A stretch of DNA of 50,921 nt from Octopus bimaculoides (GCF_001194135.2 NC_068985.1:1139427-1190347), one strand, 5' to 3'. Counted from the first letter of the stretch, positions 26,989-38,932 are shown. Program-made: numbers and translations. Notes: generated from the letters alone by a model not told the origin.

Positions 26989-27945
26989 CAAGATGCATTT
27001 CAGAAGTCTCTAATGTTTTTTTTTTTTGTTTTTTTTTAGGAGAGGTATCAATAACTTACTTAGATTATTGCAATTCCAGTTCCTGGTTACTATACTTCTA
27101 AGAAGCTGACATACCAACTTATGTCATTCCAGATTGAAGAAGACAGCTGTAATGGCACTTGGAACACGCCTTGCCAATTACTGCTTCTCGCAAGTGACTG
27201 CAGAAAGCATTTGGGACGTTTAGAAGCTCACTGTGCAGTAAAGTTTTGTGGTGAATTGAGCAAAAATGCTACAGAAACCTTTTTTTTTTCTATAGTTTCA
27301 GCTCAGAGCTGCGGCCATGTTGATGCACCGCCGTTTGCTAAGCCTTTTCGTCGGGAGTGTTAACGAGTCTACCAGCAAGCCTTCATATGTAATGCTCCAG
27401 ACTGGTTATGCATTAACTTTTCCGATGGCACAAGAGAGTCGAGGACGGTAGAGAGTGAGTGAGAGAGGATGAGAAGTGTGGTGGGAGGGAAACATCACAA
27501 ACCAGAGTTGTTTGAGAAAATTCATAATTTCCTGGATGAAGACAGTCGTGACAATAAGCAGTAGTTTGAAATTGGTATGGTAAGGGTCCATCGAACTATT
27601 CATGAAGATCAAAACAAATGCCAAGTTTTTATTTTCCAGGATGCTCATCTCTGAGCATCCTGGTAACCATCTTCTTGACAGAGATGGGCATCAAAACTTT
27701 TCTCCAATCTCTCCCGATTTGGTGACTTTTGGCTGTTCCCAAAGCTGAAAGAGAACCTTAGGGGGCAGTCATTTTGAAGATGAAGGCAGCTGTGACAAGG
27801 GTCCTGGATACCTTCACTTTGGGGAACTTCTATGGGGTCTTCACGAAGTAGCTGGAGTTCTACAAATAGATCAGCGTTTCGTACTTCTTTAAAATTGATA
27901 AATGTCTCTCCTGAAAAAATCTGAAACCTTCTGGAAGGCACCAGG
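26989..27945 (+). mobile_element. Degraded, internally deleted mariner element
   Basis: TA-flanked degenerate TIRs (caagatgcatttcagaag / cttctggaaggcaccagg). Remnants LEAHCAVKFCGELSKNATET, PELFEKIHNFLDED and DFWLFPKLKENLRGSHFED..VTRVLDTFTL. Confidence 0.85.
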
Positions 27946-29280
27946 TAGATCCATGGCTAGTAGTGAATTTCGTTGTCTCAGATTTCACGAGACTTTTGAA
28001 ATGGGCTTTCCCGTTCTAATGCTACGTAGCTATACCGGAACTATAGTTAGTAAAAGGCTCTGACACAAAGAACATGAGAATAATGCTACAGAAGAGAAGT
28101 TGTTTTGTTTTTTTAGTGTAAAATACAACTTAGAGCTGAATGTCCCGTAGAAGTTGGAAGGTTGAGCAAAAAGCCAAGGAAAACCTGGGAAAAAATGAGG
28201 AATACAAACATAATGAAAATCAACCACAATAGTAATAAAAAAAAAACTACAAGACCCAATTTTCAAATCACCTTCAACCAAAACTCTTAGGATGGCACCG
28301 AAAGATCTTTAGACCCAGTATCACAAATAAAGGAATAAATACCTCGTCCCATAGCTGTATCAACTTGTAGTACATCATAATGCGATGAAGAAATAATCAC
28401 AGAGAAAAACACGAAAGAAAACATGAAAATATCATCGAACAGGATTCAAGACAAAACAATGGAAACAGGTAAGAGGAAACAATTTCTTCTAAACGGCAAC
28501 CAAAATAAACAACGAAGAAAATGCAGAGGATGCAGTTGAGCTAAGATTCATTGTTCTTCGAAATCCATACAAAGAGAAAACAGACAAAATTACGCAACTG
28601 TGATGCCACGGAATGTCAAAACAAGTGTTGACAGGCTCAAAATATAAACCACTTGCAAAAAGAGACTACCAGTCTAATTAGAATTAATACATTATATCGA
28701 ACTTTAAAAACGAATAGCCTGAAGATGTTGGTGCTTTTCAACATCAAAGGTCTTAAAAACATGCTCACTGGTGCATTCGATTACACTCGAATGCAATTTG
28801 GGAAATGGTTAAGCGAATGAAGTCGTGAAGTACCCAGATCAACCTAGCCAGAAAAAGTCTTTCATGTCTTGTTTCGTAAAATTATATCTTGCTTAAATTA
28901 TTGGACATTTCACTGTATTTTTATTTATTTTCGTGCAAATATGTGTACATGCATACATATGTGTATAAGTATGCATACGTGTGTATATGTATGCATGTGT
29001 ATATAAATGTGTGTGTGCGTGTGCGTATGCACCTTTAAAATTCTTAATATATCCTTCTGTATAATGAATGGAGTTTCTTCCTAATTTGTCAACGTTTTTT
29101 TTTGTTTCGTTTTGCACACCCCACGTTAATCTCTCTTTCTTTGTAATCTCTGAATTCAGATTTTTTTAATCATTTCAAACCCTTGTGGCTAAATAAGAAA
29201 AAGTCGTCACCATCGTCGTAGTCACCGTCATCTTCATCGTCGTAACTATCATTATCCGGCAATATCTACTAACAATTCCT

Positions 29281-29995
29281 GTTACAGTTGAAGATAGACG
29301 AAAGCAGAGAGTATGGAACAATCTGCGTCTAGGTGTCACTTTCAAATCTCTTCTTGATCAATCTGATCAATTTTCAAGGTGTCGCCTGCTTTCAGCTAGT
29401 GCAAAATTCTCAGAGGACTAGATTGAGGCCCTGCTTGTGGCCAACATTGGGAGGTCTGCTCAGTCCAGGTGAGCTCCGCATCTCCATCACACTCAGAGTG
29501 GGAACTAACGTCTGCAGAGACTGAGATGTCACTGTGGTAGGCCCATTGACCCCACAAGTCTTCATAGTCTGTCTAGCTGCCTAAATGCTGGTCGTTTCAC
29601 TCGTCACACCGAGCTAGACTTAATCATTAAGCGGACCCAATCTTGGTTTAATATCCTCTCAGTTCCGGAGCCAGCGAGATTATCCAAAACTAATGGAAAG
29701 AGACCAGATGATCTTACTCTCTGTCCCTAGTTTAGAGGGAGGTGCTTCATCTGGGATGTCACAGTCTATGACTCTTCTGTTCCCTCCCACATCCTGGATG
29801 CTGCGGTAAATGGAAGAGTCACTGCTTCCATAGCCGAACGGAACAAAACCCTGAACTACTGGGATCTGACAGTGGACTATTTGATGTTTGTCAGGAGATG
29901 CCCGTGGTGGCGCTGGAGTTTTCCAATGCCTTAGCCTTGCCATCGACTGTTGTAATGCTGCGAGCATACTGGCTTGCTTCAGTAGGTTCCGTTGA
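29281..29995 (+). mobile_element. CRE-clade (RLE) non-LTR retrotransposon, 3' remnant
   Basis: With frameshifts: SRCRLLSAS..LRISITLRVG..CHCGRPIDPTSLHSLSSC..GRFTRHTELDLIIKR..GKRPDD..CFIWDVT..AERNK..FQCLSLAIDCCNAASIL. This is the CCHC knuckle, RH motif, PD-D restriction-like endonuclease and LFQRLSxAIQRGNAAS-type end of CRE-like elements. Confidence 0.8.
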
Positions 29996-30535
29996 ACCTT
30001 GTAGTGTGCGATCAGTTGAAGCACTCAGTGCTGCATTGATGTTTTTTCTCTTTCTTCTCTTTTTCGCTTTTTCTCCTTTTTTTCTCCCCCCTTCTTTATT
30101 TTTCCGCTTTCTTTTCTTTTCTTTTCATATTATGGAAGAATCGTGTGCAGAGTAATGTTGGCCACCAATCGGAACTATTCAGTATTAATGCTCAATTAGC
30201 CAACGTCGCCTACTCTCGTCTCTTTTGTATACATTGACTCTAGAGTCACAACTACAGAAACAAGAAATACTTTAAAAAAAAAACAACTTAACCAGCAGCG
30301 TTTTGTTTTCATATTTGCTTTCTTTTAATTACGATTTTTAAAAATAATTATGTTTTATCATACTTCCATTACTTCTGTACATTTATTGGTGCTCTATCAT
30401 TTTAATTCTTACACACACACACTCACACACTCTCTCTCTCTCACACGCACACGCTCACATACACACATGCATTATGAGCATATTTTATAGAATGCTTTGT
30501 TTGGTGCTCTACAACTCGTCTGAAATTGTGTATAC

Positions 30536-30605
30536 CTGTGTGTCCTTGTGAGCGGTTTTTTTTTTCTTTTTGGTGATGTAAAACGTCTTTTATTTCTGTC
30601 CCCAT
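30536..30605 (-). CDS. Candidate first coding exon (MGTEIKDVLHHQKEKKNRSQGHT)
   Basis: ATG about 110 bp from the promoter motifs, ending at a CAG|gtatac donor (phase 1). Speculative. Confidence 0.2.
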
Positions 30606-30689
30606 GTTTGTAAAACTTATTCCTTTCCATCGACACGTACTTGTAAATCCCCTGGTTTTCTGTAGATGGAATCATTTTGTAAACTCCTG

Positions 30690-30950
30690 TAGTGACGCCT
30701 TAATAGCAGACGACATTTCCGGAAAGTTTATCCACGCATGCGCAGGGACTAGTTCCGGAAGGAATACAGGAAGAGTCTCATGCGCATGCGTAGTCATCGA
30801 CATCCAAGCTTTCGCGCTTCTTTTCATTCTCTTTCACCCTGGCCGACGAAGAGCCTAGACGTCGTAGCAGCCTCTCTCCAACATTCCAACTCTGGAGCTA
30901 CACAAATAACCACGCAACATCATTGACGACGTCTCAGTAACCAAAGAGCG
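30690..30950. promoter_or_regulatory. CpG-rich housekeeping-type (possibly bidirectional) core promoter
   Basis: TTCCGGAA (ETS) at 30717-30724 and 30753-30760; NRF1-type ACGCATGCGCA at 30734-30744 and TGCGCATGCGTA at 30781-30792; TCT-like ttcttttc near 30818; GACGTC twice. CpGs are locally dense in an otherwise CpG-poor window. Confidence 0.7.
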
Positions 30951-31767
30951 AAGTGCTGCCGAATTCTATTGTAATAAATATTGTTGTGTTGATAGTTCAG
31001 AATCTGCGTTCCGTTGTTTCTTCAAGAAATTTAATGTACGGAAGCGGAGTACACCTAATGGTGTATAACCACTTCCCTACACTCCAACAGCAATTCTTTG
31101 CTGTAGAAGCTAATCAAAGAGGGGAAGAGAAAAATTATTTCCACTTACAAAAATGGGAGACGATAATAAATTTTCCCTTGCATCACGTAGTACAAAGCCT
31201 CCAGGATCTTATATCTTTTTTATTCGTTAATTATTTCAGGCAGAAGCTGGGGCCACACTTGAGCACCATTTTTATTGAGAGAAATTATATCAAATGAAAA
31301 AGGAAAATGTCATGACTTTACTGCACTTTTAAAACTGAAGACAACCAAAACACAGACCGAAATTGTCCGACAAACTTCCGATATACATTTGTGACCCGGT
31401 ACATCGGCCAAAAGAACATAAAAATCACAATAACAGACACTGGAGACAAAGGGGATCCATGCCTATGAGTGCCTTTTGTATTGCTGTATTGGAAAGTGGT
31501 CAAAACAGGCTTAATAAAAGTGATATGCGGTCAGAAGTGTCAATAGACTTCCAAGTTCTAATGGTCCTCGTTGGCCACAGAGCCACATCAGAACTGTGTC
31601 AAATAGAACATGCAGAGACAAGAAGTATGAGATTGACGATTATGTAGAATAGAAAGCCTAGTTGTTAAAGTTGTTGAAGTAAGATACACCTTGCATGACC
31701 AAAAGAACTGGGAAGGTTATGCAAAAACATGGGAAATGAAAATAAAGATAAGTAACGGCTAATCATC

Positions 31768-32100
31768 ACCATCATCATCATCGTTTAACGTCCGCTTTCC
31801 ATGCTAGCACGAGTTGGACGATTTGACTGAGGACTGGTGAACCAGATGGCTGCACCAGCCTCCAGTCTGAATCTGGCAGAGCTTCTACGGCGGGATGCCC
31901 TTCCTAACGCCAACCACTCCGAAAGTGTAGTAGGTGCTTATACGTGCTACCGACACGAGGGTCAGTCAAGCGGTACTGGCAACGGCTGCGTTCAAAATGG
32001 TGTTTTTTACGTGCCACCTGCACAGGAGCCAGTCCGGTGTCACTGGCAACGACCTCGCTCGAATGTTTTCTAACGTGCCACCGGCACAAGTGCCAGGAAG
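31768..32100 (-). mobile_element. Short copy of RTE-type 3' end with (TGA)n tail
   Basis: catcatcatcgtttaacgtccgctttccatgctagc..ggatgcccttcctaacgccaaccac is near-identical to 41752-41935 and 50328 onward, and similar to the 3' end of the RTE at 41980. Confidence 0.85.
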
Positions 32101-32204
32101 GCAAGAACAACAAATCACAGTATCAAGAATACAACCAGCCAAAACTCTGAGAACAGCAAACGAAACATCTTTTTCCCACAAACGTATATGATGGGTTTAT
32201 TTCA

Positions 32205-32342
32205 GTTTCTGCCTACCAAATTCACTGACAAGCCTTTGATTGGCCCCAGGTTATAGTAGAAGACATTTGCCCAAGGTGCCATACAGTGGTACTGAACCCA
32301 AAACCATGGGGTTAGGAAGCAAACTTCTTACCTCACAGCCAT
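32205..32342 (-). mobile_element. SINE family A copy
   Basis: Family A head and body. Confidence 0.85.
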
Positions 32343-32422
32343 GAAGGCATCTCTCATCATAAATGGTCTTGAACTGATTTTAGAAATTCTATCCAAAGCT
32401 TTATAATGTTTATTTACATTAA

Positions 32423-32670
32423 GGTGGTGATCTGGCAGAAACAGCCCCTTGTGGGCAATAAAGAAATAAGAAACGTTAACACACCGGGCGAAATGCTTAG
32501 CAGTATTTCGTCTGTCTTTATGCTCTGAGTTCAAATTCTGCTGAGGTCGACTTTGCCTTTTATCCTTTTGGGGTCGATAAATTAAGTACCAGTTGTGTAC
32601 TGGAGTCAATCTAATCGACTGCCCCACCCCCCAAAAATTTCGGGCCTTGTGTCTTAAGTAGAAAGGAATA
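32423..32670 (+). mobile_element. SINE family C copy carrying a 26-bp nested insertion
   Basis: Same body as the 22330 copy; the head is interrupted at agaaac (32443-32468). Confidence 0.85.
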
Positions 32671-33701
32671 TTTATTTACATTACTCTCTTCTCCAAGTTT
32701 AAATAACAGAATTAATATTGGTCGTCAAGGTAGCAGTCAATAAATTAATACCAGTCATTTACTTGGGGCAATTTAATGAAGTCTACCTCCCTTCTCTACT
32801 AATTTGTGAAATGTAAGAAATTAATAATATTAATTGTGAGATTAAGTTGCTCTTAACTGAGAATATCATAAGATTTACAATCGAAAGGCAATTAGTATAT
32901 ATTATCATAGAATTTGATGGAAGTTTCCGACTAAATGAAGCAGAAGTGACAACAGTATCACTAACAACAAGAATAAATGACAATAAAAATAAATGGAATT
33001 ACAACAACAACAACAAGTATGATGACACAAAAACAAAATGAAAACAAAGAAATATAACCAGAAGGAAAAACAAAATCAAATTGTGATATTGAGGAGGAGG
33101 AGGAGGGAAGAGGAAAAGAGAATCTTGGGAAATGATGGGGAAGAAATGGTATTGACTTTCTTTACTTAAAATCTCCCACCTAATGTCAAAGTACTAATGA
33201 TAATAAATCACCACCTTTGTTTGTTTGTTTATTTTCTTTTTCAAATACTTTCTCACTTTGCTTTCCTTCATTTTTTTCCTGATTTTGTTTTTGTTTTATT
33301 TTTATTATTATAATTTATTTTGTTTGTCTTTTTTCTTTCCCTGAAAGAAAATGAGCAAGTTGACCAGTGCAGCAGCTTCAGTTTGTGGCAAGATGTTGTT
33401 TAATTAATACTTCACAGTCGATTTGGTGAAATAATTTATAGCTTTGAAAAGCATTAAGAAGGCAACAACAACTACAATAACAATATTGGTAATAATAATA
33501 ACAATAATAATAATAATGATGATGGTGATAACAACAACAAAATAATAATTATAATAGAATCTAAATTTTAAAAGTAAAGTCTGTATTGTTAGCTTCAAGA
33601 TTTATTTCAGGGCCTAATTAAATGGCGAGAGAAGAAGGTGTGAAAAAGAAACTGTTGTTATTGCTGTCGTTCTGAAATAATAATAATAATAATTGTTATT
33701 G

Positions 33702-33744
<43 letters not shown>

Positions 33745-34259
33745 TATTTCAAATAGAAGTTGTTAAAATGGCAGTTTTAGAGCTCATACAGGAATATAAT
33801 AGATTAGGTGATGAGAACGACAGAAGAAAGTGACCAAGATGGAAAGTAAAACACCATTTGATTAGTCTTTTAATGGAATGTCTGACTAAACCTAGTCATC
33901 ACCAAGTTTTTTTCTAATTGTTTTGTTGTTTTTTTTTTCTGTCCCATCCTGCCCCAACCCTAAGCTTTCAGATTTGAATGTGTGCATGTGAGGGTTTTTT
34001 TTTTTCTGGGTGCAATTATTTCCTTCCCACACTAACGACTGCACATCTCACCAAGTGACAGAAAGTTATATTATTGCAGGATTGCTTTGCTTGCAATAAT
34101 TATCATAACTTTGGTTCTTTAAAAATAGTTTCTCATCGTAATTTTGGAATCTCTGATGTTTAATTAGAATTCTTGTAAATGCTACTGTGAGAAAAGTTTC
34201 CTGTGGGAGTGATTCTCTGCCCATTATATGCAACTAATAATCAAAGACAAGACTTGCTT

Positions 34260-34700
34260 GTCGGTTGCTTGACCATAACCAGCTGAGCTCGTCTCTTGGT
34301 GGCTGACAATATGTGCATCTCTGATCATGAGCAGAAGTAGTGGGGCGGGGGGGGGGCATCATAGCCATGTGTTGAGAGGAATTCTTTGAATAATTCACTT
34401 CTGGAAACGTTCATCATCCTTAAACAAATCTTATTCAGGGACCTTTTGAGTGGGATGGGCAATTCAACCTGAAGAAAATTCTAACTGGGCCCCACCTGCA
34501 AAGTCATGTGCCGTTTATCTTGATATAAGATCACCATCTCACACACCTATACTTGTGATGGATGTGCCTGGTGTACCCTTATCAGATGGGGAGTCATGAT
34601 GATTATATTCGGTTTTGTATGTTTATACCCCGGTGTCACTTTGATGGAATGCACTGCTCTCGCACTCAATAATAATAGCAATAATAATAATAATAATAAT
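34260..34700 (+). repeat. Interspersed repeat ending in an (AAT)n tail
   Basis: Recognised from memory as an abundant octopus-type repeat (..ctgaagaaaattctaactgggccccacctgcaa..ctctcgcactcaataataat). Class not established here. Confidence 0.5.
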
Positions 34701-35114
34701 GAGAATAGGAAGCCAGACTTAGTCTTAATTGAGAAAGAAAGCAAACTATGCTGGATCATAAATATAGCTTGCCCAGCTGACAACAAGGTATGCAATAAGG
34801 AAGAAAGAAAAGTCGATAGATATGACAGGTCAGCTTGGGAAGTTAAGCAGTTGTGGTCGATGAAAAAGGTAGCAGTAGTACCAATAATTGTCGGAACCCT
34901 TGGAATAGTGAGTAAAAATTTTGAGAAGTACATGGAACAAATAGGGACTGCAATAAGGGTGGAGCACTTGCAGAAAACAGCACTGCTTGGCACCACTTGA
35001 ATCCTCTGGAAGGTGCTCGAAAAATAAGGGTTGTTACATTAGTTCACTGGTAGTGAACAGCTGACACTGTAGTACATCTCCAGTGTTACAAGCTGTGCAA
35101 AGGCAATGATATTG

Positions 35115-35152
<38 letters not shown>
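34701..35152 (+). mobile_element. R4/Dong-like RLE retrotransposon, 5'-truncated 3' end
   Basis: NRKPDLVLIEKESKLCWIINIACPAD..KEERKVDRY..VVPIIVGTLG..LQKTALLGTT*IL.KVL is an R4-type PD-(D/E)xK endonuclease, followed by an (AAT)n tail. Confidence 0.85.
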
Positions 35153-35154
<2 letters not shown>

Positions 35155-35159
35155 TAAGT

Positions 35160-35350
35160 GGTTTCAAATTTCGGCATAAGGCCTGCAATTTCAGTCTGGT
35201 ACATATTTTTGACTGGTACTTATTTTATTTAAACCTAAAGGATGAAAATCAAAGTCAACATTGGTGTAATTTGAACTCAATACATAAAGCTAGACAAAAT
35301 GCCGTTAAGCATTTTGCCCAGGAGGGTAACGATTCTGCCAGCTTACTGCG
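35160..35350 (-). mobile_element. SINE family C copy (degraded)
   Basis: Reverse complement of the head and Meta-like domain. Confidence 0.7.
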
Positions 35351-35507
35351 TTGATGATGATGACAATGACTGCAATGATGACAACAACGATGAGAACAAT
35401 GACGATGACAATTTTCATGAGGAGAAGGAGGAGACAGAAAACAGTGTTGTTGAAATTTAAGGAGACAGATATTGTAAATATTTTCTCAAACTTTCAAAAA
35501 ATTACTT

Positions 35508-35573
35508 TAATATCTGGAAACCTAGTTCTGAAACTTGCTGATGTTTTTATTATGAGAGGTTTAGATACATTCT
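35508..35573 (-). CDS. Candidate exon (NVSKPLIIKTSASFRTRFPDIK)
   Basis: tttatatttatgtttag acceptor and gtaatt donor, phase 0-0; boundaries approximate. Confidence 0.15.
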
Positions 35574-36044
35574 AAACATAAATATAAAGTCTTAAGATAA
35601 AGTCTTTGTTATCAAAGAGACAATATTTCCTGGCAAATATTCATTATTTGGCCCCACATATGTCATTTCCCATTGTAAACATTTAAAATCTTCAGTTATT
35701 TTGGTGAAAAAATTTAATAGTAAAGAAAAAGAAAACACAGCAAAGTTGCTTATTTTGAAAGTATTTTGACAATACCATAAAACATTCATGCAAATACAAT
35801 AATTTCTCTGACTATTAATGTAATTTTAAAAGATGTGGCATCTTATATACATATAATATTAAAATATATAAACATACATGTGTTGGCTCAGACATTCGAT
35901 ATTTGGTTCTATAAGAATTTAGAGATCTTTCTCTTACACCAATGCCAACTTTGGCATCCAGCCTTTATGAGATTAAAAAAAGTTTAAGACATTTCAATTC
36001 AAGTGCTGTCAATATAAATAATTAAAACCGTTAAATATAGGCAC

Positions 36045-36120
36045 AGGCATGACTGTGCGATAAGAAGTTTGCTTTCAAACCACATGGTTCTGGGTTCAGT
36101 TCCACTGCATGGAACCTTGT
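36045..36120 (+). mobile_element. SINE family A head fragment
   Basis: ggcacaggcatgactgtgcgataagaagtttgctttcaaaccacatggttctgggttcagttccactgc. Confidence 0.75.
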
Positions 36121-37062
36121 CTGTTGTGGCATGGTTCCTACAACTGGATATCCTTCTTAATGTCAGCCACTTTACAGAGTGTCCTGGCTGCTTTTACATG
36201 GTACCAGTTCTTATGAGCCTGTAAGGTAAGGGATGCTCAGATGGAGAGGCATGCAGGGAACAAGCCTGTAGGCAAGGGAAACCACGTGTCTACTTAACTT
36301 TTACTTCAAACACACACACATCTTATATAAAATGGACCTGTTCATGTGTTCACTTTTCATGCAAAAATGGTTGCATGAATTGCTTCCATACTTGGGATAC
36401 ATAAATAATTTGACCTCAGATACATAATAGGATCTTCAGTATATTTTTTTATATTAAAAATAAATAAGGTTGTTTTATGATTCACTCCTTAAGGTTTCTC
36501 AATGTTAACTTCCGGTATTGACATAGCAATGGCGAAATTTTCAGTTTTCATTTGCAAAACCTCTCACTCTCTGTTTTAATGTTTTCATTTAATTTGCTAT
36601 TTGCAAACAACTATGATAAACTATTGAAAGAAATATTTACTAAGTTCACAAATTTAAATATTCTGTACAAGATAGTTTTTAATGAGCTTTTATTTATATG
36701 ATTTTTTTTTCCTTTTATGTTTATTTCATTCATTCTTTGCAATGTTCTCTCTCCCATACACACGTGTGTTTTTGTATGTACGTTTGTATACATTTATGTA
36801 TATATGTGTTTTTGTGTGTGTGTGAGAGAGAGAGAGAGAGTGAAGGAGTATGTTTTCCTGCATACATACATACATAAGTACATCTTTTTTTGTAAGTATG
36901 TATGCATGTGTATATGTGTGTGTGTGTGTGAGAGAGAGAGAGATGGCTATGTGGCACTTACTCTTTCTTTCTCTCTCTCTCACACACACGCATACATATA
37001 TACAAAAAGATGTATATTTATTTATATATGTATGTATACATGACAACAAACCCCTTCACTCA

Positions 37063-37118
<56 letters not shown>

Positions 37119-37259
37119 TTCATTTCATCTGATGTTTGATAATGTATGTATGTGTATGTGTGTGTGTGCGTGCGTGCATGAGGCGTTCCACAATCGTCAT
37201 TTATTTTTTTCACTCTTGTGAAGATATTCATTGTTTCATTTAATCCCCATTTTAATTTT

Positions 37260-38150
37260 CAAAAATGTTTCCAGGAGCATTGTTCTCACTTTCTACAAGT
37301 GGAGACAAAGTAGATGTAGATGATCAGTATTCTACAGTGAAGCAAAGACGAGTACAAGTAACCAGAATCAATGATGAATTCTGCAATTCTGTTAACTCTA
37401 CCAAGAAAGTTTGCAAATCTAGAAACAAAGGTTTAGGTGCTACAACATCCACTCTTTTGCAGAATGGCAGTCAGCAGATAAATAAGAATGACATGGGTGC
37501 ACAATATGACAGAAGATACATCAGTACCAATGAGACTTTTTGGCAAATCTTCAATTTTTCCATTCATTTGAGTGTCCATCTAGAGAATGGCCACAGGGTT
37601 ATCTTTACAAAACAAAGAGCCTTGCAACAAGTACTTTCTCCAAAAGAAACTGCCCTTACTGCCTTTCTTAAGTTGTAGCAAAGTAGATGAAGATGCAAGA
37701 AAACTCTTTTACCCACAATTACGCAAGTATTACACCTGGAGTAACAATAAATGGCACAAGAGGAAACGTGGGACTGACACTCTAGCAAGAGTTTACAGTG
37801 TCCACCGAAGCCAAGCAGAATGCTACTACTTACACCTGCTTTTGCATGAAGTACGTGGTCCCATATCATTCCAAGGTAAACGTGCATGAAACTGATAGAG
37901 AAGCATGTTATCAACAAGGTCTTTTTTAGAAAATGATGAGCATTGGGACTTTGCATTGACTCTGTAACCGTTTTGCAATTATACTGAAGTTGTGTCAACT
38001 TGGCAGTCCCCTACAGCTTCGGATGACACATCGTGAGGACATGGCTGAGGACTTAACGTATGTAGTTCAATACACAAACCCAGATGACTCCTGGCCTTGC
38101 CAATTCCTGTCAACATGGAAAATGAACATTATATGCAGCTGAGGATGATG
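37260..38150 (+). mobile_element. Helitron Rep/helicase remnant
   Basis: RINDEFCNSVNSTKKVCK..NKG..RYISTNETFWQIFNFSIH..LSVHLENGHRVIF..LTAFLKL/CSKVDEDARKLFYPQ..YYTW..RVYSVH.SQAECYYLHLLLHEVRGPISFQ is the canonical Helitron Rep C-terminal region, with frameshifts and deletions. Confidence 0.9.
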
Positions 38151-38827
38151 TGAGGACGATGATATTTAAAATTGCAGACCACTCCACATTTTTCTCTGTT
38201 ATATCAATTATGCATTTATCATCTTACACATAAGATTAAATCCGTACCATAAATCAAAGCTGGTCATACAAATGAGGCAGTTTCTACGGGGTTAATAGAT
38301 TTGTTTAAACTCACTCTGATTTCACACTCACTAACTTTGAAAAAGAAGGACGATGAGATATTGGTTAATGTAATCTTCACATGGATCAGCAGTTTTCTCT
38401 CAGATAAAGATACAGGTTGATAATAATCTTTTGCTTTCTCTGATCAACATCTCATCAGCTCTGGTTGCAACAGGATACTGATCCCACCACCACCACCACC
38501 ACCACCACCCCATCACCACCACAGTCTTTCTCTTGACCAGCAGCTTCCTACATGTCCTCACCTCCAACAGCACTCACTGCTCTGTGTCAGTGATGTAACC
38601 CTTCAATATTACACACAAGTGTCATCTACATACAACATAGGACCCTTACACAAGTGCTTGCATTACATCCATGAATACACACCTCAGAAGCATTCTTCAG
38701 TGGTGGTGGTGGTGAGGAAGGTCGTACCATTTTTGTCTCCAGCAGCACGAAGACACAATCATTACACATATAATATGGAAAACTTTATTGTTCTCCCTGC
38801 CCTGAGTAGTAAATGCTAGGCCTTGCC

Positions 38828-38835
38828 CTCAATAA

Positions 38836-38930
<95 letters not shown>
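38828..38930. repeat. (TC)n microsatellite
   Basis: Directly visible. Confidence 0.95.

Positions 38931-38932
<2 letters not shown>

Noticed and set aside
28715-28760. ctgaagatgttg-gtgctttt-caacatc hairpin as a hammerhead
   Set aside because: Stem II is present, but GAAA and stem III are missing.
28030-28900. A-rich stretch resembling a LINE ORF1/ORF2 remnant
   Set aside because: No diagnostic motif could be read in any frame.
31363-31647. 94-aa plus-strand ORF and antisense 61-aa ORF near the promoter
   Set aside because: No ATG at the start of the listed frame (TTG), no recognisable domain, and the length is attainable by chance in this GC-richer patch.
30820-36000. snoRNA-host (TOP) gene hypothesis
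   Set aside because: I found no convincing C/D box pairs with terminal stems or H/ACA structures by eye; an Infernal/snoscan run would be needed.
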